A DNA stretch of 61,693 nt, filler included, from Catajapyx aquilonaris (taxonomy: Eukaryota), in NCBI GenBank assembly GCA_000934665.2. It is 3 parts of 3 records of this genome, joined end to end, with 100 filler letters (N's around TTAATTAATTAA, not from the genome) between each part and the next. Parts side by side here need not be neighbours in the genome. Positions count along the whole stretch, not along the records: positions 1 to 20,505 come from JYFJ02006250.1; positions 20,606 to 41,086 come from JYFJ02006251.1; 1 more part is not named here. One strand, given 5' to 3'. Of this stretch, positions 11,540 to 25,900 are shown piece after piece (position 1 is the stretch's first letter; the number at the start of each line of letters is the position of its first letter). The position numbers and the translations under genes were made by a program. The notes beneath the pieces are model-generated. The model was not told the DNA's origin, did no database searches, and saw only the letters and a program-made list of their open reading frames with translations.

Positions 11540-14500
11540 ACTTACTTGACTCTTGATTTTACTGGATTACTTCCACGTGTGAAACTGTGGCTGTCTTCCA
11601 AGCACTTGAGCCCACAATCAAGGTGTAAAAGTCATGTGGATTCTTGAGTTAGCTGGTTCTAGAAAACAATCAAACTGTTGTTATTTGAACAGTCGTGCCA
11701 ACTGCGCTTTGTTGATACACTTAAAGGTTCAATAATGTGAAGGACCTAAATACTATTGCTTCCACCAGAGAATGATACTGACGACAATGACTCTCCATGA
11801 TGTCAGCAATAACACTACCAGCGAAGGACTCGTGACATCAGTGTCATTCCTTGGTTGAAACACCGCATCAGCATAAAACCCATTGTGTCTGTAATATCAA
11901 AAAATGGGGAACTAGCCTTGGTCTGGGATTTGGGATTTTTGTTCATAACTAGCTAGCCCATGCCTGTAAACATACATTCCATCACTTTGTTGCATCAAAA
12001 TGACATTACTGGATAAATTACGGCACATTTAAAAGTGCCTTCAAAATTGGCGGGAAAAACGGCGGAGCCGGGTGGTGCCAATCGAAAGGGTGCACTGAAA
12101 TGCCTGGTTGACTGCGAGATATGAGGAATTTGACTTTGAATTAACCGCGGACACGACGGAAAGCATTTGCAAGGCGGATGTAGGCCATCGAGGTGGAGAA
12201 AAGGGACCTCAATGTGCCGAATTCGGGTGACAGATAATTCCTACCAGTTGGCATCACTGCCGCATACAAAGCGGCTTGAGCGACCTGGAATAAATACGCG
12301 CCCCGGCCGCTATCTTGCTCACGGAATGGGACGGTTGCTAACAACAGCGAAGCATTTTACAACAATGACGGGGCGCGTTCTATAACACCATTTTTGCGTT
12401 CATTTCACTTCGCGTGACGTCAACATTTTCTAGGCTGACAGTGACGTCACCAGTAGCCTACATAAAAACCCCAATTACTCCGGAACTGAAACTGATATCT
12501 TGAAACGGAATATGCCAAAAAAATCCAAAAAATGTGGGCGAATTTATTATGTAGTTTCCAAAATGAAGGCTACTTCCCCATTGCGTATGATTGTAGAAAA
12601 TGTATAGGCGTCACTTTTTCCCACTGGATCAATTCGGCAGGAAGTGCTGACCGTGAATGGCTGTGCTGTACTGACTATCGAAAACCAATATTATAAAATG
12701 TACTGGTGGTAACCTTCGCATTTGGGAGAAAGATATTATGATCATAATGTAGACTACATTTTCCATGGAGGTCCCCAAGCCAGACGTATAAGGCTTAGAT
12801 CTGGTTGCACTGTCCCTAGGAAAACTTTCCGCTGGAAAAGTGGCATTGTTATTGCCGACAACTAATTTTCGTTATCCTGCCAAGTCAGCCAGGTTCTTAC
12901 AAGTCAAGATTTTCCCATAATATTTCTCATGGGTTACCATGGTTAGGCCTATGGTACTATAGTTGTTGACAGCGGTACTACTAACTACAGCAGTATAGGA
13001 TGCAAAACCGACCCAATGCTTTCAACAATGAATAATACACTTTTCCAGCTGGAAAATTTTCCGGACCTTAGGAGAGACAATTAGGAAGAAGCGAAGTCCA
13101 TAGGTCAGCTTGGTCAGTTGGATCCCACCAATGCGGCAAGAAAAGTAAATCAAAACCTGGCACATGTAGGCTACCTTGTTTATGGGATGTTTTAGCAGCA
13201 TCGGGCGTCAGGCCTAGAACTCTAGAAGTGAGGACTGGTAGGCCTATAGGGGACTCAGCCTAACCTTCGCGTGACGTAATAGTTTCGCTTGCCAACTTAT
13301 AACGGCTCACAATTTCGGCTCAGCCTTTCCTACCATGGTTCCTTCCTCCTTCCCTGTCGGGGTCCAAACTGACCTCCCATCCTTAAATCCCTTTACTGTC
13401 CCGAATCCGTCAGGCCATTTCCAAAAATCTTCTCCCACCATAAACCTTTCCCAAGTCTGCTGTGTTTGAGTGAATGATAGTGCCATTTTTTCGTACATCC
13501 CACTATTTCACCTACTCGGATCATTGGATCATAAGCAGTGCCATAGTTGCGCATTATATCATATCTTTAGTCATATTTCACATCTCTTTGTAGGGATTCA
13601 TCTCGTTCCCAGATGGTACGCCAGTGGAGATGCATCAACGTGTGACTTTATAAATGCAGAGATTAATATTATGAAGGCATAATAATCCGGTTTTGACTAA
13701 AGTGACGAGAGGATTCCACTCTTGAGAATGACTGTTGAAAAGTGGGAAATGTTCCGACCAAGTGAAGATGACAGGTGACGAGAACGGCAGTTGATTCCCA
13801 AATCCGGCCCGCTTAGCAGGCCAGTGGAATAGCTACTCATCATTAGACATCCATGTCCCCCCGACAAATTGGCCTATAATATAGGGACTATAAATAAAAT
13901 GAAGATATATGCACATGATCAGCAAACAAGAATATCAATGCCGATCAATGTCAAATCAACATGCACTCTCACAGCGGCCAATGATCTTTGAGTCAGTAGT
14001 ACAGCCTACTGTATAGCCTACTCAAGTAAGCCGTCAAATCCTGGGAGTGTGTGTATGTGTGAAACCTTCCCAGAGGTGGTAGTATCAAACTAAGAGGCAG
14101 CCGAACAGAAGAAAGGAACAGAACAGGCAACTGAAATACATCTGCAAAAAAAACCCATTGAACTCAAATGAATACGGTATACTTATCCAGAACCAACTTC
14201 TCGTAATTAGTACGTAGTAACTCACACCCGGTGCACGTGTAAAACTTAACACGTCACATCGAATACAACGGCACACAGGTACTACTACGGTAAGCACACT
14301 CGTTAAAGTTCACACGCACAACTGCAACTGGCACATGACCACTTCTGCTACAAAACGTCAAAACCAGTCTCAAGGGAAACTCCTCAGATCAAATGGAAGA
14401 AATCCCATCAAATTGAACATAACAAAATATAATAATATACGTATGCAGGAACATCGGACTCAATTAAGTCACTATCAAAGAGGACCATAGATAAAATGTA

Positions 14501-15323
14501 TAAGTTACCGAAGTGAAGCACAGGTACTGTATAAAAACCGACCAAGTTTAAAATCGTCGAGCCATTCAGTGCGAAAAAGTAACTGTCAGCTATGCACAGT
14601 ATCTGTACCTAATTTCTTATTCACGTCTTGAACAGGGGATTCGAGCTCGGGCTTCGCGATCAGTGCATTTCTTTTTCTGAAATTTTTTTCTCAGGAGTGG
14701 TTGACAATGTTTGTTTAATTTATTGTTTGAATTGATGACAACTGAAATTAGCCTGCATGTGGGTCAATATTAGGTAAAGGTACAATGTATACTGTCCCAG
14801 TGCAGTGCAGTAAATGGGAAAACCTCGAATAAAACACTTTTATCTTAGGGCGTGGAATTTTAACGCACCGTCACTTCTGGGTATGGTAGAGGGATTCTAG
14901 GCGATCATTTTAGACAATATGAATCGTTGGTCTCCGCAGTCTAGTTAACCAGATAATTATATTAAATAAAGAGTACATTATGAAAACTTATATGTCGCGG
15001 ACATAGTCTAGGACACTTCCATCGTCTATGGCCCTAGGTCATTACCTTCTACATCTAATGGGATAGTATCTTAGATTTAAGTGGCATGGAAACTCCTAAT
15101 TTAAATTAAAAAGGTAAGGTCACGTGGAGGGACGCATAAACTTATTTGCCAGGATATTACAGTATATAACTTGCGTTTGAATTCCATTATCTCACTAACT
15201 ATCTGCGGAGACCAACTATACTTATTTCCTAGAACCCGTCAACTATCCCTCATAGTGAGTTTTTCCGCACCCTGTATATATAGCCTAAGTAATTACGTTT
15301 CAGGTACAGCACACTGTTATATA

Positions 15324-16500
15324 CCGTCAAGCGGGGTTACTTAAGCCACTTTTCAATTTCAGACATCTGCCAATTCAAGAGCATTGACTTTAGAGATTAA
15401 CTTATTATTGTAAAACATGGGTCTACAGTTACGGTCGACGTATACATGTAATGGATGAAAGTTTCCTACAACATGTATGATAAAAACAACAAAAAAAAGA
15501 AGGGGTGGCTTAAGTTACCCCCTGATATGGGGTAACTTAAGCCAGCAGGAAGAATTCAGTGTTTCGCTTATGTTAGACGATGACACGGTAACAAAGTCCG
15601 TTCACAGGGCGAAAATAAACATCTGCATATTGCTCCAGAAATTTATTGTTCAAAATTTCAGTTCATATAAGGGAAAGTCTGGCGGCCTCTCTTTATGCTC
15701 ACCGGCTGTACAGAACAAACAATATTTCTGATATGTGAACATACATTTCATCATCAACAATGCTCCCAACTAGGCAACTACTAGGGCTGTGCGATATCCG
15801 AAAAAATATCGAATCGAAGTCGATATATCGAAAATCGAAAAACCTACATCGAACACCGACATCGCAAAATATCGCAAACCGACATCGAACCGACATCGAA
15901 AAATATCGCAAACCGACATCGCGATATTCGATACATCGCACATGCCAAGCGTCGGATATCGCAACTTCGATATTAGGAAAATATCGTATCGACAGTCGAT
16001 GTATCGAAATATCGCACAGCCCTAGCAACTATAGCCTACTCTCCTGACCCACAGAAGCTAATCCCCGCACTTCTTGCCAGGCTTGGAACAAGTGGCCTAT
16101 GTTACCCCGTACATGACGCAACAATTAATTTTTAAGTATATATTGACACCAAAATGGAAATTTAAGCTATGCAGTATAACTACCTTAAAAGGACGGTTGC
16201 AGGTTATGTTTCATCACCTTTATAGCGAATTAAATTCAAACAGAAGATGTTGGCGATGAAAGTTACGTAGGGTATAAATTTATGATGCAATTATCCTAAA
16301 CATAATTAAGATTTTACAAAGTTACCTTTGACACAAACACAATATTCAAATATGCAGTCCAAAACTGCACTAAAATATGGAACTTATGTCATGAAAAATA
16401 ACATTTCAACTCAAAACAGTGTTGCCAAAATCAGTGTCCGAAATTTACGCAGCAAAATGGCTTAAGTTACCCACCCGGCTTAAGTAACCCCGTTTGAAGG
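15324..16500. mobile_element. Non-autonomous TA-flanked DNA transposon (pogo/Tc1-mariner-like)
   Basis: ta|CCGTCAAGCGGGGTTACTTAAGCC ... GGCTTAAGTAACCCCGTTTGAAGG|ta, with subterminal repeats of GGGGTAACTTAAGCC. Confidence 0.75.
15782..16024. mobile_element. hAT-like MITE with CGAT/ATCG-rich interior, nested in the previous element
   Basis: TIR TAGGGCTGTGCGATAT / ATATCGCACAGCCCTA; 8-bp flanks GCAACTAC / GCAACTAT. Confidence 0.82.
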
Positions 16501-16807
16501 TACATCTACTTGTATAATTTACATTTGTATAATTATACACTCGCAAGCAAAAGGATGTGGACGGTAGATCAGGGCTCTGACTATTGTCTACAGTCCACAT
16601 CTTTATAATATATGCTCGCGACTGGTATATGTCATAACGAGGTAATTGAACATAATCACTACATATTTATAAATTACATGTTTGGGTAATATTTGCTAAA
16701 GGATCAAATAGATTTAGGTAAAGAGAGATCTGTTATTTTTCCAACCCTAATTTATTTCCTGCGTTCTGTGACCATGTCTTATAGGCTCCTCTGTAATGCA
16801 ATCGCAT

Positions 16808-16900
16808 TTCACAATAGCTTTCACAATAGCTTCACAATAGCTTCACAATAGCTTCACAATAGCTTCACAATAGCTTCACAATAGCTTTCACAATAGCTTC
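16808..16900. repeat. 11-12 bp minisatellite (TTCACAATAGC)n
   Basis: About 8 tandem units. Confidence 0.95.
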
Positions 16901-19900
16901 CAATATAATAAATATTATGTCATTACCGTAATGACCGATCAAATTTTTTCGCATGCTAGAACCCTACTAGCTTATTATGCAAAATATGTTATAACCATGC
17001 TTCTCACAACTTTCTGGAGAAATCTAGATTGTAAGTTACAAATCGAAAGGTTACAATGTAATCATATATAAAGGAATGACCTATTAATGACCACCAACCA
17101 GAAAGAGAGGCAGGAATGGAGTGAAAAATTGAAACTTATCCTGACTAGTTTAAAATTTGAAAATGCTGATGATTAAAACTTCTGAAAAATATAAGGTTCG
17201 TTAATTCGCGCCTTCAAATTAAAAATATGCCGCAACTTTCTAACACCACAATATATGGAACCTACTTGGTTCAGACGCCAGCTGGTGACAGGAGCGTGAA
17301 TCATTGCTCCCTCTCTATTGTTTTTTTTTTTTTTTTTAAATTTCAGAAATAAGCTACAGTACTTACACGGAGATTTGCGATAACGGGTAACTCCTCTTTA
17401 GGCCACCAGGGTCTCTGCATGGAATGAGCGAGATCGACCTTTTAGTGAGTTCAACATTGGTTTTAAAGATATTGTTGTGTCCTGGCAACGGGACTGTTGA
17501 CTGATGCCTAGTTATAGCCAATCCGTTGATATTGGATCGGCTTGTTTGGAATGTGATTTCTCGATGAATCGTTCTCCTGGGCGGATGTTGTTGTAGCTGT
17601 CGTGTAGCTGTAACCTGTTTATATTCGGTCCTGGAAGCCTGGGGTGTCTAGTGGTAACAGTGCTGTTGTCAATAAATATCGGACAACCCATATTATGAAC
17701 AGTTTCAGGCTCTCAGCAGAAATTGAAAAAAATTAACCTAATGTGTAGGCCGAGAGAGTGACAAGCAAATTGTCAGTAAAATACCCGACGTAAGCTTCAA
17801 AAAAATCATGTCCTTTCCACACCTCATTGAAAGCCCTCCAAACTTTCGCTCATTATTGGAAGGGTAGGTGCAATAATTATTTCAACAAGGCGCCTGAGCG
17901 CAAGAGCACTGACAGATATTGATTCGCTGTAGAGTGGTGAGTGGAGAATCAGTGGACGCGCAGACGCCATGTTGTGCCAAAGAAAATCCACCCACGCTGT
18001 CAGTTGGGTCCCGAACTCAGCTCCAGCAGCGCGCATCTTCCTCTTCCACGACCGACCAACCGTCGAGCACGATCCTTCTCCTCACCGCTCCACATGAACC
18101 GCTAAATAGAAAAAGATCGTCACTGTAAGTCCTTTTCAAGATTTATCAAGCACCTGAAATTTTTGTGCAGTAATACGTAGTCTTTGGTGGTAATATGTCA
18201 AATTGTCAATATTATGAAAGGAACTGTATTGCTGGAAGGATGAAAGGTTGACAACCTGCAATATTACTAGTACAGTACTACAAGTTTCGCACGAGTAGCA
18301 TGTCAGTTTATATAGATAATAATTGTAGACATATTCATTTACATCCTTGTCAAAAAGCTATGTATGGCCCTAGATTCAAAGGCGATATGTTACAATTACA
18401 GTATCATATTTAAACAATGTTAGTTAATGAAACAGGGGCGAAGGTTGATTAACATTGAGACAGAAGTGATGGGATTCATTATTCAATTTATTGAATATTA
18501 CGTGCCAAATGTGGGCGGGGAGAACACCCAATGACAAAGACAAGCCAAAACCTCTCAACACTTGGCCCGATTTTCAGCTTGTAAATAGGCCTGGCAAATT
18601 GTTAATGAGGAAGTGTGAAAAATAGTGTAGGATAAAATAAGCTGTTTTTTTGTATTTGGCTGCATGTATATTTAAATTACTATCTCACGTAGTTCACATT
18701 AAGGTAATTGTAGGAAGGGCGAAGCACATTACTACATGAGACTGATGAGAGAGGGAGGTAGGAGGAGTTGATGTCAATTTGACGGACCGTGATATGAGGC
18801 GGGGGTTAGGAGAGGTCATATTATGTTTGAAAGTTGATGTGGAAACTGGAAACAAAATACCTGTACATTTCTATAGTTTGGAGTATAGCAAGTATAAGCA
18901 ATGTCAAGTAATATAAGCTAAGGTAGTGAAAATATCTCCCAATGATGCCAGGATTACAAGGAGCAGGTTTTCCTGCGTTTGAAAGGACTCAGAGGAAAAT
19001 TTTAAATGCTTCTTGTATAGAATATGAATGACTCCCATCGTTAGTGCACACAATCAACTCCGAATATTTAACTAAAATTATTTTAAAATTAAGGCACACC
19101 GTGAAATATATTGTCGTTAAAGGGCATGCCTTTCAATGAACAAAATAGGCTGTGTGAAGGTCTATGAATTTTCTGGAATGTTTTTAAGGATTATTTCGGA
19201 CTCTTAAAAAAGGAAAATAAGGACTTTCGGTCATATAAATTATTATCACAAATTAGAAATAAAATACCGGAATGAATTTGGCTGACTTTTGAATAGCATG
19301 CTAATACACGTATCAATAACTGCAACTAAATTACGAGCCATGGAAAAATAAATCAGTGGGAAGATCTTTACCACATTTTGTGCATACCGTTCAATTCTTT
19401 GTTATAATAAAGAATATCAAAGGAAATATTCAGCATCTTATTCGAACATGCACAAATTTAACGATAACTATAGCATTATCATGAAAATAGGCCATACTTC
19501 ATACAGGGAAGTGCAGAAGATGGTCTTATCTCTTGGTTTAATTTCTTGGTAGGCGTATAATTATTTTTGCAATCAAAGCTAGTCCAACTGAACTGTTCGA
19601 GACTTTGATTAATTCCCGTGTAAGACTGACATGTGCAGTGAGGAATAATTGTTGTACGTTCATCTCCAACAGTTCAAGTGGAACGTCGTTGAGCATCCTC
19701 CAAACATTGTCCCCATAGATACCCAATGGAATCACGACGCCTGAAAATTGTAACCAGCTAACTATTGATAATACCTATAGTTATTAAGTAGCCGCCACCA
19801 GTGGACATGCCATTCTAGTGCACTGGAAAGCACGACACTCTTAAAACATTAGCTAAACAATAAGGCAAAAGTGACGCACGACTGACGGCAACCGACACAC

Positions 19901-19905
19901 ACCAA

Positions 19906-20193
19906 TCAGACAAAACATGACCACCTACTTAATATGATATTGATCAACCTCTCACCATACCCCATTATCAGGAGTGTTCGATGAACAGTGTGTTCCGACA
20001 CGCTAACACCATCGCCGCTATTGAAATTGTCAGTGATTTGTGTCACAGTACCCCTCCTGTTGATTCGCATAAGACGACACAGCCTACGCTGACCTCGTGC
20101 CCAGCAGTAGTGAATGTGTATCACAGTTTTTCCTAACATTGCAATACTACAAACCATCGGCAAGTCGAGGGCAGGCCACGACATACCGCCCAT
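19906..20193 (-). mobile_element. Tc1-like transposase fragment (HTH region)
   Basis: RGQRRLCRLMRINRRGTVTQITDNFNSG...VSEHTVHRTLLIMGY resembles the Tc1/Tc3 second HTH domain. Confidence 0.8.
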
Positions 20194-20505
20194 CGAACAC
20201 CCCTGAATATGGAGTTACGGTTAGAGAAGGATCAACATCATACGAGTATTTAGTAGGTGGTTCTGATCCGTGTATATGGCAGTGACGGTTATACCGTAAG
20301 GTTAAGATGTGTCTATTGTGTCCCCAAGATCATGAGAAATGGCCTTAGCGAAAGCGTGAGGGAGAATGAGACGCCAATTCTGGAACCCTATTGGTCCATG
20401 GATTCGATGGACCAATGGGGTTCGTTGACGCGTTCGCTAAGGGCGTTTCTCGCGAGGTTGGGAACACATCTTTCCGAACTCTGGGCCCGTCCATAATCCG
20501 CGCGG

Positions 20506-20605
20506 NNNNNNNNNNNNNNNNNNNNNNNNNNNNNNNNNNNNNNNNNNNNTTAATTAATTAANNNNNNNNNNNNNNNNNNNNNNNNNNNNNNNNNNNNNNN
20601 NNNNN
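20506..20605. other. Artificial contig spacer (N44-TTAATTAATTAA-N44)
   Basis: Exactly 100 bp; the 12-mer has stops in all six frames; identical to the second spacer. Confidence 0.97.
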
Positions 20606-20775
20606 ATTCTTGGATGCTGGAGGAGACCACTTTAGGTATATTCTTTAGTCTGACCTTGTTTGGCATGATACAAGGTATGTACATGTTAATTTTCATCGGG
20701 AACCATACCATAGTTAAAAAGTTTTTGAGGAATGTTTGGGTTTCCAATCGAGAGAATCACCCTGTATAATAAATT

Positions 20776-21085
20776 ATTTGGTTGAAACTTGCTTGAGGGG
20801 TGACTAATGTGCGATAGACACAGTGGTGAGAGTCCTAGATGCCACTGTCCAGCCGTTTCCGAGATATGAGCAACAAAAAAATTCGAATTTTGACTGCGCG
20901 AATAGGTGTCGGGCTGGAAGGGACAAGTGCAAGGCCCGGCAAGGTCCCTATACCCCTATACGCGCGGCCAAACTTCAGATGTTTCTGTCGCTCATATCTC
21001 GGAAATGGACGGACAGTGGCATCTAGGACTCGCACCACTGTGTCTATCGCACATAAGTCACCCCTCAAGCAAGTTTCAACCAAAT
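20776..21085. mobile_element. Foldback/MITE-like inverted repeat (~105-bp arms)
   Basis: ATTTGGTTGAAACTTGCTTGAGGGGTGACT...GAGATATGAGC mirrored at ~20985-21085. Confidence 0.75.
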
Positions 21086-21446
21086 CGGAGGTGACTGTCT
21101 GACCTTGGTCGTTCCCTTGTTAGCACCTCCCAAGAATGTATGTTTCAATCGTTTGCAAGTTCATTGAACAGGTTTTACTTTCCTGACTTCCACTTATGTT
21201 GCCATCTCTCTTGCCCCATGGTCCCCCTTAATTGGCAGGAGCATCTCCATTGGCTTAATGCCACAAACTATTTGAAATACTCACCACTTGGGAATGATGA
21301 GGGCAAACTTGAATTCTGTATGTTGATACTCTATACAGGGTATATAATATGGGTAGTAGGGCGGTGAGTATGGTAAAGGCATGGCGTGGTTCTGAAAGCC
21401 CGTCGACGTGATGTCTAGGAGAAGTCGACCCTTGACAGTGACGATT

Positions 21447-21590
21447 ACTATGCTGACAAGTATGGATACCACTGTACATGCCTGCAGCGCTGGTTGCTGG
21501 GGTAGCACTACCAGACAGTTGCTCAACCGCCTGACTTCGGCAACCAGTGATGCAGGCATGCATGGGAGTATCCATACTTGTCAGGATAGT
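21447..21590. repeat. Imperfect inverted repeat (~55-bp arms)
   Basis: ACTATGCTGACAAGTATGGATAC...CATGCCTGCA..CTGGTTGC mirrored by GCAACCAG..TGCAGGCATG...GTATCCATACTTGTCAGGATAGT. Confidence 0.75.
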
Positions 21591-22970
21591 TGACATCGTT
21601 GCAGATCTTTCGGACTCATGCCATGCTTCTTCCATACTCATCCCCTCCCACCAATATCTTTTTTTCGCAGACGAATTCGCAAACACCATGTATTTTTATC
21701 ATTTCCCCCTAGAGACTGCAAAATATTATGCGAAAGTAAAAAAGTAAGAGTCTTCATCGTTTTGATTTGTAAACTAGTGGGGCCAATTCTGTATGCAGTT
21801 ACAGGTTATCAACAATGGCGAATTCGAATTTTTGTCTAAAATACACATAATAGTGTTATGAAATAGTTGGTAGGTGGGAAAGAATGTCAGTACAGAGACG
21901 ATGGTTAAGACCTGCCCACAGTGGCAAAAATAGAGGAGTGTTGTGTCTGAGAGTGGATGAGGTGGCAGACTCAACTTCCAAACCCAGTCTAGGAACACAC
22001 AGTCCAGCTGACACTTTCCTCACTGATAAAGGCATACTCCTACTGCTAGTCCACCCAACGACTTTGTTGGCTGTCTTTTCATTCATGAAAAGGTACTATC
22101 GGCACAGAAATGGTCCAGACACTTGAGAATAGGCTGACCATTGACAAGTGTCCGGACCTTTTCCGTTCCGATAGTACAACTTGTACATATAATATTGATT
22201 GTTAACTTATTATACAATTTTATACTGGAAGAGCATTTTGTAATGTGGCCCTACTTTGCTTCACCAAATATTTTCTCTATTTTTACATAATTAACACATA
22301 TCTCTGACTCATTGTGACAGTTAAAGTCAGCATACCTTGTACAACATGTTTCTGGCACAGTATAGCCACTACTGCTGTTGTGCCACTCAGACTCCTGCTT
22401 TTTTCCGTGTGACGTCAAGGCCGCTTTTATATATGAGTAATTTGATCAGCGATGAGTGTTGGTGAGCGATGAAACCAATTGTATGGGCGAAAGTAACAAT
22501 CACGTTTACTGGTGGTCGTTCGGTTTGGTGGCTAGGTGCTGTTATTAGGGGCGCCAACGAAGCAAACAAACACAGGAACATAGCAGAATTGGCGCGTTCC
22601 TGCCTCTGCACCACTAGTATTTTTCCGCATGACTTCAGAGGGCAGTACGATACCGTATAATTAATATGATCTTTGATCAATCATAGCTCGAAAACGAATA
22701 CGTATTTCTTCAAACAAAAGACAACAAAATTCATTTAAAAATCAGGGCGATTTTTTACATGGGTTTTCAAAATGTAGGCTAGGACCCCATTGAGTAACAT
22801 TAAATTGAGGAGAGCAAGCTGGGACTGAGGGCAGGGGTAGGGACAAAGAGTGAAATGTTTCTATACATATTGTGGTTAATATGTAAACATTGAAGTGATA
22901 TCCATGTTAAATGTAATTTTATCATGTTGAAAGAATTGATTGGAAAGTGATACCAAACTTCCCTTTGCAG

Positions 22971-25900
22971 GTTGCCTTGGACAATAGTGGGATCTATGTG
23001 GCAACAAGTTGTACAGATAAGACAATGTCTGTGTATGATTATTACTCACATGAGTGTATGGCCACTATGCTGGGGCATTCAGAACTGGTGACTGGTCTGA
23101 GGTTCAGCAATGACTGCCGTCACCTTGTCTCAGTCTCAGGAGATGGATGCATCTTTGTTTGGAGGGTTCCACATGAGATGACTGTCACTATGCAAGCAAG
23201 GCTGGCTCAGCAGGCTGCACGAGCTGCCAAAGATATCAGGTCAGTCATTAATATTTTTTGTGTTTTCTCCAGTTCTCCCTCTCCCTCCCTTCCCTTCCCT
23301 TGTCTCCCTCTCCCACCCCCACCCTTTGGCTTTGTAAGGCTTTACATATTTTGTGTTAGTGTTTTTGTTATGTGTTTACATGTCTCATGCTAATCTTAAT
23401 TTTTGTACCCAGGCGCGGCACTTTCGTGGTTCCTCGTCCTCCTGGTGTTGATGTGAATAAGTTTGGTCCTCCACCTCCAGAGCTACTTGACCCTAATATG
23501 ACAACAGCCTCCAGAGACAATGACACTTCTGACTACCGGTTTAGTGTAGGCCAACTTCCCTTGTGGGCCAAGAAGCAGATTGCTGACACCAATGACAATG
23601 TTGGAACTGGGGGAGGAGGGGTTGGGGTTGGAGGGGGTAAGCTTCCCAAGGGGAGGTGGGCCCAGCGAGTTGACACTGCAGGCATAACCGTCAAATCTTT
23701 CTACGACAGTGATAGTGTGATACCCTTTCCAGGACAGCCAGCTGGTAAGTTCAGGTGGTTGTATTTTGTTTTATAACATTTGGTGGGGTCATGTATTTTC
23801 TTCTACGAACACTTAAGTATGCCAGCCACACAGATTTATTATCACGCCAATCGAGTGCACTGCATGTGATTGTGAAACAATCATGAGCTTAAAATATTGC
23901 TCTCTCATGTGGTGCATTGGTGCAAAAAGTTTGCTTACCACCATATATACAGTTGACTCCAGATATAACAGACTTCAAGGGACTGCAGAAAAAAGTCTGT
24001 TATAACCGAGGTCAGTTATAGCCAAATCGCCACTTTTGCAAGGAATACACAAGTTTTGTGCTTTTCATATGCTTATTATGTGACAGATTCAAAAAGCACC
24101 CCCCTCTAGTATTTGATGCCTTCCTACGCCTTGGAAAGGATGTTGAATAATCAAAAACCACATATTTTCCTACCGAGAGGCCAAAAAAGGTATGTTATAG
24201 CCGTGTGAGGTAAAAATGAGTCTTGTTATATCAGGAGTAAAAATTCACAGGACCTTATGGAAGTTTGCCTGGACCGACCTTTTGAGTCTGTTACAACCGA
24301 AAGTCCATTATAACCGAGGCGGTTATGTCTAGAGTCAACTATATTTGAAATACTTTACATAAATAAATGGCACCGTAAGTGTGGATTATTGGAGGAGCTT
24401 TGCATATCAAGTTGTCAAGTATCGATAGGTGGTTTTGAGAACTGAGGGGGCTTTTTTGCACAAAGCACTCTCCTGCCTACTACGTGTGTACTGACCACTA
24501 ACCACTTTGCATGTCAATTAGCATATTGTACCTACTGAGAGGTACCATTAGCACCCAGACAAATAGCACCGAGATAATACCCCACTGTTTCATTTGAACC
24601 ACGAATAGATTGTGTCACAGACTGATATGTTACAAAATGGAAGGAATGGTCAGGAGAGAGTCAAGTGTCTCACAATTTCATGGCATATAGTCATATTCCT
24701 GCCTTTCTCTTTTGGAATGTGGATTTGCAAACTTGTCGAATATGTGTGTTACTCATGATGGTCCAACCAGAAAGAAACATTTAGACATTTTGCTGTAGTT
24801 ATAGCTGTTATGTTACGCACGGCCTAGATCATGCGAGCTGCATAGTAGATCTGACGGGAGCAGCGATTCAGTGTGGTTTGAATGATACACGAGGCATGGG
24901 GCTAACACATCACCTTGGTGAGATATTGAATTTTTTAAATACGATTAAGTCATGCGTGAGTCATCTGGTGGGAGTAGCGGCGATTTAAGAGTTCAATTGT
25001 TTCAATCTTTTTGTCTAACTGAATTGCTCGTCACACATTAGTTAATATGCACAATATGCAGCATTTGTGTTTGTATGCTAGCATATGTTAAGATGCATGT
25101 TGCAAGGTTCCAGAGTTCACTGGAAACCATTGATGTCTTTGCTTAAGAGCAAATATTGTCAACAATAGTAGACCTAAAGACCTATGCATATGCAAGGTGT
25201 TTCTTACTAGTAGGTCAACCAGAACTCAGAGTATTCCTTGGCCTAACGCAAGTCAAAAATGTTGGGTGGAGAAATGACGAGGGACTGACCATTAACGAGG
25301 TAGACTACCAGAAACATTGGTCAGCTTGGTTACCTAAGGAGCAGGATATGAGCGTGATAATCATGACTGTTGGGATTTGTGAGATCACCTTTCACAGAAG
25401 TGATTATCACCCCTCTTATCCTGCTCCTTAGGCAACCACTGGCCAATGTTTCTGGTTGTCTACCTCATTAACAGTTGGTCCCACGACATTTCTCCCCCCA
25501 ACATTTTCGACTTGTTTTGGACCAAGGAATACGCAGACTCCAGGTTGACCAGCTAGTAAAAAGCATGTGCATGTATGTGCTGGAGCTTTTCCAGTGAACT
25601 TGCTGGAGTATTGCAACATGGCTTGTTTGCATCTTATTAGCCACAAGTACTCATTTAGGAACAGAAAAGAGGTGGAGGCAAGAATTATCCCATGTAAATT
25701 CAATAGTTACTCAAGTGTCTCTTTGTGTGAAGAATTGGCATGTTCCACCCAGTTTTCGCATCAGTGACTTTTAATTATCTCTTGCACAATCCATGTGGCC
25801 CAGTCCACCCAATTACTTAATCAGATTGATTAATTCCCACCATATCTGAATCTGCGCAGTTGTTGACTCCACCCAATCCCACCTACTCCATTGAGTACTG

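Noticed and set aside
10453..11549. Plus-strand and alternative-frame ORFs (e.g. 10476-10886 +, 10765-11400 -)
   Set aside because: Shadows of the low-complexity 10424-11539 minus ORF, with no recognisable motifs or splice support.
15699..16047. Four overlapping ORFs on both strands
   Set aside because: They arise from the stop-poor repetitive interior of a MITE.
25156..25703. Two similar 91-aa ORFs suggesting a duplicated small gene
   Set aside because: They are the two arms of an intronic inverted repeat, have non-ATG starts and show no recognisable domain.
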